Below, one piece after another: positions 14,236 to 26,848 of a stretch of DNA of 64,000 nt. The notes under the pieces are model-generated. The model was given only the letters and a program-made list of their open reading frames with translations, searched no databases and had not been told where the DNA came from. Location of the stretch: assembly GCA_951406725.2 (NCBI GenBank), contig OX597816.1, positions 167,276,001 through 167,340,000 of the forward strand, given 5' to 3'. How positions within the stretch are numbered: the first letter of the stretch is position 1; each line of letters begins with the position of its first letter. A program made the position numbers and the translations under genes. The DNA comes from Octopus vulgaris. Lineage: Eukaryota.

Positions 14236-14957
14236 TGTGGAAGAGGTAGACCCAGGAAGACATAGGATGAGGTGGTGAAGCATGCCCTTTGAACATTGGG
14301 CCTCACAGAGGCAATGACAGGAGGCCAAGACTTTTGGAGATATACTGTGATTGAGATGACCCAGTAACTAAAGTGAAATTGCAGCTATGCATGTCTGACC
14401 CAGTTAAGAGTACCTCATGCATTGTGTGATATATGCTTAAGACCTGTTGAGTCAAGTAAAACCAAAATCATAGCTGTGGCCAGTGCCCCCTGACTGACTT
14501 GTGCAGGTGGTATGTAAGAAGCATCATCTAAATGTGGTCAATGTCAGTATCCACTGACTGGCTCTCATGCTGGTGGAACATAAAAAGCACCAACCGAACG
14601 TGGTCGATGCCAGTACCCACTGACTGGCTCCTGTGCTGGTGGCATGTAAAAAGCAAAGGAACCACTAGACTCTCGAAGTGGTTGGCATTAGGAAGGGCAT
14701 CCAGCTGTAGGAACATTGCCAGAAAAGCACCAACCGAACATGGCCGATGCCAGTACCCACTGACTAGCTCCTGTACCAGTGGCATGTAAAAAGCACCCAC
14801 TACACTCTCTAAGTGGTTGGCATTAGGAAGGGCATCCAGCTGTAGGAACATTGCCAGATTAGATTGGAGCCTGGTGCAGCCACTGGCTCTCCAGACCTCA
14901 GTTGAACCATCAAACCCATGCCAGCATGGAAAATGGATGTTAAATGATGATGATGAT
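14236..14957 (+). mobile_element. RTE-clade LINE 3' end: ORF tail, 3' UTR with internal repeats and (GAT)n tail
   Basis: Translation CGRGRPRKT*DEVVK...TLGLTEAMT..QDFWRY (RTE RGRP.KTW motif) continues into the abundant AAAAGCACCCACTACAC...AGGAAGGGCATCCAGC...GATGATGAT repeat. Confidence 0.75.
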
Positions 14958-15261
14958 TGGGTATACCCAATTTTTCAATACCCCTTCATATCACAGCTTT
15001 ACAATGTTCCTCTACCCTTATTCTGTTTTTTTTTTAAATATCGAATAGTATTATGACAAATATTTACTAGAAAAGAAAAAAAAAAAAAAAGAAAGAAAAA
15101 CCCATCCAAATTCTTCTCATTAGATTCCATTCATATCCTTGCTCAAGTCCTTTTTATTCTCTTACCTCCAACTTAAAAACTAGTCTGCTTCTTTGTAACT
15201 TAAGACTGCTGAAGTGCTTAAGCTGTTTTGTTAATGAAACAAGTTATTCACCTCCCAACAA

Positions 15262-15539
15262 TTATATATATATATATACACACACACATACATATACACA
15301 CATATATATATATATATGCATATATATATACACATATATATACACATACATACACACACATATATACACATATACATACATACACACATACATACATACA
15401 CACACACACACATATACATACATACATACACACACACACATATACATACATACACACACACACACATATACATACATACACACACACATATACATACATA
15501 CACACACACACATACATACATACACACACATACATACAT

Positions 15540-15572
<33 letters not shown>

Positions 15573-15798
15573 CACACATACACACATATATATATATATA
15601 CACACATACACATATATATATACACATACACACACACATATATATACACATATATACACATACACACATATATATATACACACACACACACATATATATA
15701 TATACACACATATATATACACATACACACATATATATACACATACACACATATATATACACATACACACAATGTGTATATATACACACACACACACAC
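15262..15798. repeat. Long compound (CA/TA)n microsatellite, about 540 bp
   Basis: Continuous alternating purine-pyrimidine tract. Confidence 0.95.
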
Positions 15799-18700
15799 AA
15801 AGCCTAACCTGCATGTAATGTGGATACATTGCATAGCAGACATTTTTACCTGTGATGTGTACATATGCAGTCATGTGTATAGTATACATGACAATGCCAC
15901 TATGTACACATGGCATATATATAAGGAAGGAAAGAATGAAGGAAGGAAGGAAGGCACAGAGAAAGTAACAGATACCTGTGCAATGCCTAGAGTGTTTCTA
16001 TTATATGCGATTCATTGTATTTTAAAAATGAAAACACCATTAATAGAAATGTTTGTTTGTGTGGGTGTCTTTTGTCATCTATCTTTTACTTATTTGTGAT
16101 TAGACTGTGGCCATGCTGGAGCACTGACTTAAAAATTTTTAGCTGAATGAATTAACCTCAGCGTTTTTTTTTTGTTTTTTTTTTAAACCTAGTCCATCGG
16201 TCTCTTTTGCCAAACCACTAATGTTACAGGATGTAAACACACCAACACCGGTTGTCAAGCAGTGGTTGGGGACAGACACAAAAAGATGCGCACACACACA
16301 CACACGACAGGCTTCTTCCAGTTTCTGTCTACCAAATCCATTCACAAGGATTTGGTCAACACAGGGCTACAGCGGAAGACACTTGCCCAAGGTGTCACAC
16401 AGTGGGACTGAACCCGGAACCATGAGGTTGGGAAGCAAGCATCTTACCACATCTTACCACTTTTAAGGATCATTTCTTAAGTATGTGTCGCAACGGTATC
16501 CGATTCCTTTGATCGGTCAACAACATCACGATGATGCGAGAGATCGTTATTGAGTCCTGAGCGTGAAGCAGGATCGCCTGTATCGTTCGTTACTCCGCCT
16601 TCAACGAACGTGAGGAATCCATTGAAGATCGTTCTTGAGAGGTTTAATAACTTCTTAAAGACGGACTCGATACTTTCTGAGTGATGTTATTTTTTTTTTT
16701 TTTTTTACTAATCTTACCACACTGCTACACCTGCACCTGTGTGTGCACAATTACAGGTGTACAAGCAAAAGCATAATATTTATGAATATTTCATATGCTG
16801 CACACCTAGGTGGAAACGAATAATAAAAACAATATATAATTAATAACGATAATAATAATAATAATAACAATAGTAATGAAAGCTTTATGACAAACATTAT
16901 AGCTAATTAGCTACAATTTCACCATCTGGCTGGAATCCAACAAATGAGAATGATAACAATACTAATGGTATTTCAACATGATGGCGCTGGTGTCAGCTGA
17001 GGCAATTACCGTAGTAAAGAATGAAAGAAGCTTTGTAATGGTGACAATAAGAACAATTCTGATAATGGTGAAGATTATGGAACAAGGGAAAGCAATAAAA
17101 CATTTGTTTCGGGACAAAAACTCAATATGGCAAATATCTAAATTATGTTTGCCCGTTTGTGGACAGAGGGAAAGTTAACAGGTTTGGCAAGGTTTAGTAT
17201 TATGGTGATAAGCCTTCGTTAAACAAGTCGCTACTTACATAATCTCGATTTACTACTTAAACATGGTGAGACAACAATCTGACCGTGTTCAAAATGTTTA
17301 AGATGCCTCGATCGGTTGTATTTGGTTATAATTCTAGCCATCATCATCACCACTACCTATGTGATGGTGCATGGCTTACTGGTTAGAGTATTTGGCTCGT
17401 GATCATTAGGGCGCAAGTTCGATTCCTGGGAGTGCATAGTGCCCTTGTGCAAAACACTATATGTCACATTGCTACAGTTCACATCATCATCATCATTTAG
17501 AGTCCGCTTTCCATGCTGGCATGGGTTGGACGTTTTGACTGAGGGCTGGAAAGCCAGAAGGCTGCACCAGGCTCCAATTTGATCTGGCAAAGTTTCTACA
17601 ACTGGATGCTCTTCCGAACACCTACCACTGTGAGAATGTAGTGGGTACTTTTACGTGCCACCAGCACGAGGGCCAGTCAGGTGGCACTAGCATTGACATG
17701 CACATTTATTCTTTACACACACACACATACATCATCATTGTTGTTTAATGTCTGCTTTCCATGCTGGCATGGGTTGGACAGTTTGACTGTAAAAGGCACC
17801 CACTACACTCCGAGAGCAGAAAGAGAGAGTTGTTAACCCTTTAGCTTTTAAGCCAGCTATAATATTCAAGGCGGCGAGCTGGCAGAGTCGTCAGCACACC
17901 GGGCGAAATGCGTAGCCGTATTTCTTCTGTCGTTACGTTCTGTGTTCAAATTCTGCCAAGGTCGACTTTGCCTTTCATCCTTTCGGGGTCGATAAATTAA
18001 GTACCAGTTACGCACTGGGGTTGATATAATCGACCTAATCCATTTGTCTGTCCTTGTTTGTTCCCTCTGTGTTTAGCCCCTTGTGGCTAGTAAAGAAATA
18101 TATAATATTCTACCTGTTCAAACTGGCCAGATCTGGTCACTCACACCTACACTACAATGTCATCCTTAAAATAGTCAAGTCATCAAAATCTCGAAACTAC
18201 AAGATAATGCAAGATTAATTAAAAGCTATGTCAATTAATAAAGCAATATGTTTAACCGAGTAATCTAAAAACAGTTTTATCTTCCACAGAAGTTTTCAAC
18301 ATTTCTTAATACAAAGTGCTGTCTACATCAAAAGTGGTGAAATATAGCATCTTTAACACAACTATTTGCAGTTTACTGCATCTCACTCTCTTAAAACAAA
18401 CAAACTCAGCAATTAATTAAATTATTACACATTTAACAGAGATCTCCTTATCAAATATCCCAGTTTTCATAATTTTTCAACCTAACACCTATCATCACCG
18501 ACATCTTCAACTAAAAATAAATCCTGATTAATTATTTTGGGTTTCCTCTTCTCTTTATCATACATGTCAGCACATCAGTGAACACTCAAAACAGTTATTT
18601 AAATTAGCTTTCTCTAGCATCTTCACGGGGAGAGAGAGAAAAAGAAAAAAGAAAAAGCTTCTTTCTATTAATGCAATTTCAATGAATCACAAAAATATTT

Positions 18701-19435
18701 TTAGAAAAACTATTTTTCTTTCCAGATATAAAGACACCCCCCTCCCCGCCTCACCCACAAACGAGAATTTTTATGAAAATGGTGTTTTGATGCGATTGTT
18801 GGGTTCTGTCATGAAAGTTAATGCCAAAAGTTGGTTCCAGAAATTAGAATTTAAAGACAGATTGTTACGGTGCCTAATGCATATCAAGAGTTGTTCAGGT
18901 GGTGAGGGGACAAACACAAATACACACACACACACACACACGACAGGCTTCTTTCTGTTTCCATCAACTAAATTCACTCAAACACAGGTTGGCCTAGGTC
19001 TATAATAGAAGACACTTGCCAAAAGTACCACACATGGAACTGAACCTGAAACCATGTGACTACAAGTTTAACCATGCAACCAGTCCAATTTGTGCACAAT
19101 ATGTTCATTGATCATCAGTTTAATTAAAAACACTCCATGCTTTTAGAACACTTGTATCCAAATGAAATCATCATCATTTAACATCTGCTTTCCATACTAG
19201 CATGGGTTGGACGATTTTGACTGAGGGCTGGCAAACCAGATGGCTGCACCAGGCTCCAATCTTAATCTGGCAGAGTTTCTATAGCTGGATGTTCTTCCTA
19301 ACGCCAACCACTCTGAGAGTGTAGCGGGTGCTTTTGCGTGCCACCAGCACAAGGGCCAGTCAGGCGGTACTGGCAATGGCCACGCTCAAATGGTGTTTTT
19401 TACATGCCACCTGCACAGGAGCCAATCCAGCATGA

Positions 19436-20308
19436 ACCTTGGGAGGGGCAATTATGCTGGTAATAATAAACACAAGCACTGGTTCAGTCCTTTATTGTTG
19501 TTATTAACGGGTGAGTTACTCCATAAGTCAATTTATCGATCAGCTGTTAGTTTTTCAAACTCATATGTTAAACACTATATCAAACAATTAATTGTTCAAA
19601 TGTTCAGTATTGTTAGTGTTGTCTTTTCTTTTTCTTTTTTTTTGTCAAAATAATTATTTCATCACATTGTTGCAATCTTTTCTTCAGTGACATGTCTCTC
19701 TCCTTGGATTCCTGAAGAGATTGCAACAATGCAATGAAATAATTATCTGACAAAAAAGGAAATAACACTAACAATACTGAACATTTGAACAACTATTTGA
19801 CCAAAGTGTTCAACATATACTGTGTGGTAATTAGCTTGCTTATGAACCACATGGTTCCAGGTTCAGTCCCACTGTGTGACACCTTAGGCAAGTGTCTTCA
19901 ACTATAGCCTGGGACCAACCAAAGCCTTGTGAGTGGATTTGGTAGACGGAAACTGAAAGAAGCCTGTCATATATATGTATATATGCCTGTGTGTGTTTCT
20001 GTGTCTGTGTTTGTCCCCACCAACATCGCTTGACAACCGATGCTGGTGTGTTTACATCCCTGTAACTTAGCGGTTCGGCAAAAGAGATCAATAGAATAAG
20101 TACTAGGCTTACAAAGTATAAGTCCTGGGGTCAATTTCCTCGACTAAATGCGGTGCTCCAGCATGGTCGCAGTCAAATGACTGAAACAAGTAAAAGAGTA
20201 AAAAAACGGCTGATCTACAAATTGGTTGGAGTAACTAATCCCTTAACTATCAATAAAGGATCAAACCAGTGCATGTGTTTATCATTACGGGCATAATGCC
20301 CCTCCTAA
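19436..20308. repeat. Long imperfect fold-back element with a SINE (19820-20204) inserted in the right arm
   Basis: 19563-19687 pairs with 19712-19817, and 19440-19547 pairs with 20205-20305. Confidence 0.8.
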
Positions 20309-21158
20309 GATTTAATATTTCTTTCAACACACAAATTCACATCAAGAATCTTGAAAACCAAATACGAATACAAAATATTTAACTAATTTGATGTTAAAGA
20401 CAAAAAAAAAAAGAAAAAGAAAATTAATTCTAATTTATATAAAACACAAGAAAATTTTTTTTCAGCTGGTTGTATGTAAATAAACATTTTTTCTGAAAAT
20501 GTAAATAAATACCCTGCCACTAGGATAAAATAAAACAAAGAATAAAATATATAAATACAACCGAACAGCTGATCCTGTCTTTATAAATAAAATTTGAAGG
20601 GGAAATGCATATACACACACACAACACGCAATCTATTAAATCTACCGAACAAGTGCCGATAGGTGTCCGTCTTTGGCAATTCTCATAACATTTGTCCAGA
20701 ATAGCGTTCTTTGGGTTGTTTTTGTTACACAAATATTTTATTTATGGGAAATGTTATGACAGTGACACGATACTGTCGAGATACAACACAGCAGCGTTTA
20801 GTTGACAGTTAGTGGCAATGCTGCAACACCAATATGGAACTGGTAGTGCCAACAGAAACGGTAAGTTGAGCCTAGAGTGGAAGGGGTTTATTATAATGTA
20901 ATCTGTCATCAGGGAATGCAATAAGGTCATCAAAGGTGACAATCTTGATTTGATGTTAATCATACAGACACAAATAAAAACTTGGAAATGAGATTTTTAA
21001 AGAAAAAAAAATCTAACAGAGCTTATGCCATAAAAATTTAGAAGCTTTGAATTGTATGAAATAATTCCTTTTTAGAATGGTAGACCTCGAAGGAGCAAAG
21101 GCTGTAATGATGGCATGTAAATATTTATTTTTTAAACCTGACACATATTCTCTTTTTC

Positions 21159-21193
<35 letters not shown>

Positions 21194-21299
21194 ATTAAGA
21201 TTAATGTAAAAAATAAATATCACTGAAGCAAAATAACACCAAATATATAGTGCGTGTGTTTTTATTGGCTAAACTGGCAATATGACCATTCCGAAATAT

Positions 21300-21345
<46 letters not shown>

Positions 21346-21539
21346 GGTTTCGGGTTCAGTCCCACTGCGTGGCACTTTGGGTAGGTGTCTTCTGCTATAG
21401 CCCCGAGCCAACTGAAGCTTTGTGATTGAATTCGGTAGGTGGAAGTTACTGCCATGCGTGTATGTGTGCGTATAGCTGCTCAGTGCCTCTCTGAAAGAGA
21501 GAGAGGGAGAGAGGGATATATGCATATAGGAAAAAAGGA

Positions 21540-21858
21540 GCACTCCGTCGATTGCGATGACAAAGGTCCCAGCTGATAATAATCAACGGAACAGCTTGCT
21601 TGTGAAATTAACGTGTAAGTGGCTGAGCACTCTACAAACACGTGTACCCTTAACATAGTTCTCGGGGAGATTCAGTGTGACACAGTGTGTGACAAGGCTG
21701 GCCCTTTGAAATACAAGTACTACTTATTTTTGCCAGCTGAGTGGACTGGAGCAACGTGAAATAAAGTGTCTTGCTGAAGGACACAACGGGCCGCTGGGAA
21801 TTGAACTCATGACCTTACGATCATGAGCCGAATGTCCCTAACCACTAAGCCATGTACC
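21540..21858 (-). mobile_element. tRNA-derived SINE family 4 (CORE-like), representative copy
   Basis: The minus strand reads TGGCTTAGTGGTTAGGG...GAGTTCAATTCCC...GTGTCCTTCAGCAAGACACTT. Relatives at 37110-37428, 51561-51790, 63255-63520 and 17365-17480. Confidence 0.75.
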
Positions 21859-21914
21859 TTCACAATATATATATACAGAGAGAGAGAGAGAGACTCACAC
21901 ACATGTAGATAAAG

Positions 21915-22300
21915 TAGATGGAATTTGAGGAAGAGGGAGACCCAAAAAGACATGGGATGAAGTGTTGAAGGCCAATCTCAAGACACTGTGCTTCATGAAG
22001 GAGATGGCAAAGGACCAAGATATCTGGCGCCTTACTGTACTCAAGAAAACCTGTCCACCACAGCAGAATTGACACTGGTGCTACATAAGCATTTTATGCT
22101 GGTTTCACATTAAAAGTACTGGTACCAGTAGCACATAAAAAGCACCCAGTACACTTTGTGGAGCAAGGAAGGGCATCCAGCAGTAGAAACCTTTCCAGAA
22201 CAGACAATGGAGCTTGGTGTGGCCCCTGACCATACCAGCTCTGGTCAAACCATCCAATCCATGCCAGCATGATAAACAGACATAAAATGATGGTGAGGAT
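21915..22300 (+). mobile_element. RTE-clade LINE 3' end, second copy
   Basis: Translation VDGI*GRGRPKKTWDEVLK...AKDQDIWR followed by the same 3' UTR family. Confidence 0.7.
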
Positions 22301-23646
22301 GAGGACTTCTTTCAGTTTCTGCCTACCAAATCCACTCACTAGAATTGGGTCACTTGGTGCTACTGGTAGCATAGAATCCAGCACAACCTGTTGTATGGTT
22401 GGGTCATTGGCAACTAAACCTGCGCCCCCACTAGGCTTTCCTGGTGAGGAGGGTTGCTAGAGAGCCAGCAGGACAAAAAACAAGACCTGGGCAAAGGATG
22501 AAGCACGTGTAGGTTCAATGACTATCTAGCAATGGAAGACCACTGGGAGTGAGGCACCCCTTAGCTTTTGTTAAAGCATGTCTCTGGAACCCGCTTTGAA
22601 CCCAGGCTATGCATGCTCTGATAAAGTAGTGACTTGGTCAGTGAATCCTCTATGATGGTCAACAATTGACAGCAAGATGAGCTGCTATGGATCCCACAAA
22701 CCCAAAGTGTGACCCAACTGAAAACAACATGAATGTTCTTGCTTTAGTTATTATGGTGTAAAAATAAAAAAAAAATCCTTCAGGCAACTATTTGCCATTA
22801 ACATCCCACTTACCACAGCCACCACCATTTCTCTCTCTCCAATTGCACCGAGTTACACAATGTAAGGAACAAAAGATTCCAAGACAGTTGAAAAAAATAT
22901 ATTATTTCTTTATAGATAATTTAAACTTAATCTGAGAGTTAACGACCATAGGACAACAATGGCTTGAAAGAGCACACTCAGCTGAAAGAGGGCGAACAAA
23001 TTCTTAAACAATGATCAATAGATTTGACACAAACACACACATACATACATATATGTGTGTACACACACACACACACATAGAGGGACACACATGTTTTATT
23101 TTATGGTCAGTAGAAAACCAAAGATAAATATATTTCTCTTTTCTCCCAAAGAAGGAGATTATGAATGAATTGGCTTCTATTATGATAAAGATCTTTTGAA
23201 ACATGTTCATATTATGAAGAAACAAAGAATGAAAGAAGTTCTGAAGATTGTAACTTAGCTTTTCATGTCTGCTGACTAGACTAGTCTACACTAAACACAC
23301 AAAACAGCTACAAAGTAATTCAAGATTCATTGGAGGACTAGAATAGATAAAAATCCCAAAAAAGGACAACTGAGTGCATAATACAAAGGATGTAGGTTAC
23401 TAGAGTTGAGCAGAAGTGCGTAGGTAAATTACATAACAGACTGTGTGTGTAGGTGAATTATATAATAAACAAGCAGGTTATGGATTGAGTTTATACACTA
23501 GTGCACAGAGTCTTTCAGAATGTAACAGTCTAAGGCTAACACGAGGGAAACTTGTCCTTGATTTATGTTAGGGAAAATAAAATCAAGCACTGACCCAGAA
23601 GGCTCTAACTATAAGGATTAAAGATTAAGTTAATGCTAATATCTAA

Positions 23647-24080
23647 TACTAGCAGCATAGCCCAGCGTTGCTTGGGTTTGTTTTTTAGTTGTGCTTAAAA
23701 CGGCAGACTTTGATGTCGTGTTAACAAAGTTTTGACATAGTTTCAATCTTTTTTTGAAAAGTAAAAATTTTGCATTATGTTGTTTGTTATTCTCTTTAAG
23801 TGAACATTTTTCTAGTTGAAATACACTGAAAAATGGCAACACAGCAATCAAAAAATCGTAAAAAATAGGGATTTTCTGAAAAAAAAAAAGCACCTTTTTG
23901 ATGTGAATAATTTTTGGTTTTAACATGGTCTGATTTGAATCTTTTCTTTGTACAGAATGAAGAGCAAGCCTTCGTCTATCATACTCTCAATTTTGGTCAA
24001 CTTGTGCCGCAGGGTCTCGGAGGAGATAGTGTTAGTTGAAGGCTACCAAACCTGCCACCACACACACGCAACTTTCAGTT
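23647..24080 (+). mobile_element. Helentron-like non-autonomous element, 3' end cut by a SINE
   Basis: Starts ACTAGCAGCATAGCCCAGCGTTGCTTGGG (family motif CCCGGCGTTGCTCGGG) and ends CACACACGCAACTTTCAGTTT. Confidence 0.5.
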
Positions 24081-25339
24081 TCCGTCTACTAAAATCCACT
24101 CACAAGGCTTTGGTCGGCCTGAGGCAATAGTAGAAGACACTTGCCCAAGGTGCCATGCAGTGGGACTGAACCAAGAACCATGTGGTCCGTAAGCAAGCTA
24201 CTTACCACACAACCACTCCTGTGCCTCAAAAAAAAAAAAAAAAGGGTCACTGGGGAAAGGGGTTTAGGGTACATGTGTCTGGAGTGCTTAGCCACGTGCA
24301 CATTAATCTCATGAGCATGCTGTTCCCTCGATCGGATCAGCCAGAACCCTTGCCATCGTAACCAACAGGAGTGCTAGCAATGTTAGCGTTAATGATACCA
24401 ATTCCCTCCTCCTTGTTTGTGTTAGTTCTGATGATTTTATTCTTGCTGTCACTGTTATTGTTTGTCTACTTAAACAAATGTGTCACAGACGAAGGCAATT
24501 GGCTGTTTTAAGAGCAACATATAAGTTTCTGCGACAGAGACAGGCTACATTTTCAGTTTGGACTCAGTTCATGCTGGCAGGTCATGGTTGGTAGAGGAGG
24601 GTGCAGAATGTCAGACAGGTCAGGCTACATCTATTCTGTCATAGCATGTTTATATATTTACATATTTACAGAGTAGGGGAGGTTTGTATTGCTGCCAAGC
24701 ATCTCTGCTGTTGTTGTTCATAGAAGTGATGCTGTTGGATAATGATACAGGCAAAGGGAGAACGTTCAAATTTCAGAATGCTCAGCTAATTTGAGAGGAG
24801 GGGAAGGGAAGAGGGGGAGAAAGAGAAAGAGGAGAGAGGGGGAGGGAGAGAGAGATGTCTTCAGGTTTCCATGAGGGCCTCGCAGTTTCACAAGCTAGAT
24901 GTTCTATAATCACTACCCCCCCCCAGCCATTTTAATAAATATTACAAAATATTTCATCAATCATTTGATGTTCTGTTGAAAGTGTCACTGATATCATACC
25001 AACAGACACCCCCTTCCGCCCATGTCCCCCACCTGACACTAAAACAACAACTAGACACAAAAACATCTCTCAAGATGTAATCTAATCAAAAGCTAACAGT
25101 TATTTTTTTTTACAAACAAAGATAAACAAAAATAAAAATAAAAATTTTATTTCACAAGTGAAAAGGTTAAAGATCAAGAAACAAAAAAAAACCCCCAAAA
25201 ATCAACAAAAACAGAGATTAATTGTCAGTATTGTTGCTGTGGTTGTTGTAGTCATTGCGAACATGCAAAATAATTGAACTTTGCATAAGTCCATGTGAAA
25301 TTTGTTACACATGCAGTTTGCAAGAAGCCCCCCCTCATA

Positions 25340-25437
25340 TATATAAACATATACACATATCCATATATGTAATATATGCACGTAAATGTGTGTGTAAATA
25401 TTTATATGTACATGTACATATATATGTATGTATGTAT

Positions 25438-25469
<32 letters not shown>

Positions 25470-25760
25470 GTACATGTGTATGCATATATATATGTACATG
25501 TGTATGTATATATATATGTATGTATATGTATGTATGCATGTATATATGTATGTACATATGTATGTATATATATATATATATGTATATATGTGTGTGTGTG
25601 TGTGTGTATATATATATGCTCATGTAGTTATATATGTGCATACATACACACACACATACATGTGTATACATGTACGCAAATGTATATGCATGTGTATGTG
25701 TATATATATGCACATGTGTGAATATACATACATGCACGTACATACACATACAAGACATAT
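25340..25760. repeat. Compound (TA/TG/CA)n microsatellite, about 420 bp
   Basis: Alternating purine-pyrimidine tract with some CG and CA interruptions. Confidence 0.9.
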
Positions 25761-26423
25761 TTAAATAAACATGCGTTGCTACGAATCGTATTACAAAAGC
25801 AATGTTATTTTGATTTCGGTGTTAACTAAACACGAGGTTACGATAAACCAACTGAAAAGGTCTATTTGCCGTTACATAAGCCGATAATTAGGAACAATTG
25901 TCCTTTTGCAGTCTCGTAGCAATTACAACAATGTAATTGCAGAGAGTAATCAACAAGAAAATGACACCAAGTAAACACATTATTAAATAATAAATCACAA
26001 AATAAAAAGGAAAAAAAAATCCCAGTGAGCGCTAAGATTTCACCAAACCCAGGAATCATCATCGCTATTGTTGTTTTAACACTCACATTTCCATACTTGC
26101 ATGGGTTGGACAGAGTTTACTGAGACAGATTTTCTTTGGTTGGATGCCTCTCTTGTCACTAATCTCCCAACTGTTTCCATGGTAATATTTCCTCATGACC
26201 ATCCTTTCGGGGTCGATAAATTAAGTACCAGTTACGCACTGGGGTCGATGTAATCGACTTAATCTGTTTGTCTGTCCTTGTTTGTCCCCTCTATGTTTAG
26301 CCCCTTGTGGGTAATAAAGAAACAAATATTTCCCCATGGCCAGGCAGGTTTTTCGAGGAAGACTGAAAATGACTGACACTGCTTGTATGACAGTGACACT
26401 CGTCTACAACTATCACACAATGT

Positions 26424-26848
26424 CAAAAATTTGTCCTATGAAGAAAGGCTGAGGACGCTCGACCTTTATTCTCTAGAAAAATGCTGCCGCCGTGGTGATC
26501 TCATTCTCGCCCACAACATCATAAGCGGAAAGTGTAACCTCTCGAAAGAGCTGTTCTTCACTCCTGCTCCAGAGCGTCGGCTGCGGGGTCATTCCGAAAG
26601 CTCTACCTGCGACGATTTCATCTCAATCGAAGGAGAGGAGCTTTTTCCGTCCAGGTTGCGGATCCGTGGAACAAGCTGCCAGACGAGATGGTGAAGTTGC
26701 CGACGACCACTTTGTTCAAAGCCTCCCTTGACCTCAAGTGGCCTGAACTCTTTACATGAACACCACCCTGTACTTAACTCCATGTCCCCCTACATGGCCT
26801 TGGTATTTGCTTTTGAGCCAAATTAACTAACTAACTAATGAACTAACA
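26424..26848 (+). mobile_element. CR1-like LINE 3' end (5'-truncated) with (TAAC)n tail, inserted in a SINE-like repeat
   Basis: Translation LSYEERLRTLDLYSLEK...RGDLI...LRGHS, then a frameshift, then AFSVQVADPWNKLP...FKASLD. Tail aactaactaactaa. Confidence 0.85.

Noticed and set aside
15228-15916. Long ORFs (160-220 aa) rich in YI/HT/CV dipeptides, with similar ones at 2423-2949 and 25255-25764
   Set aside because: They are translations of (TA)n/(CA)n microsatellites, which lack stop codons by composition.
23956-24040. Plus-strand acceptor-like site followed by a short open frame
   Set aside because: It lies inside a Helentron-like repeat and ends in a stop with no donor.
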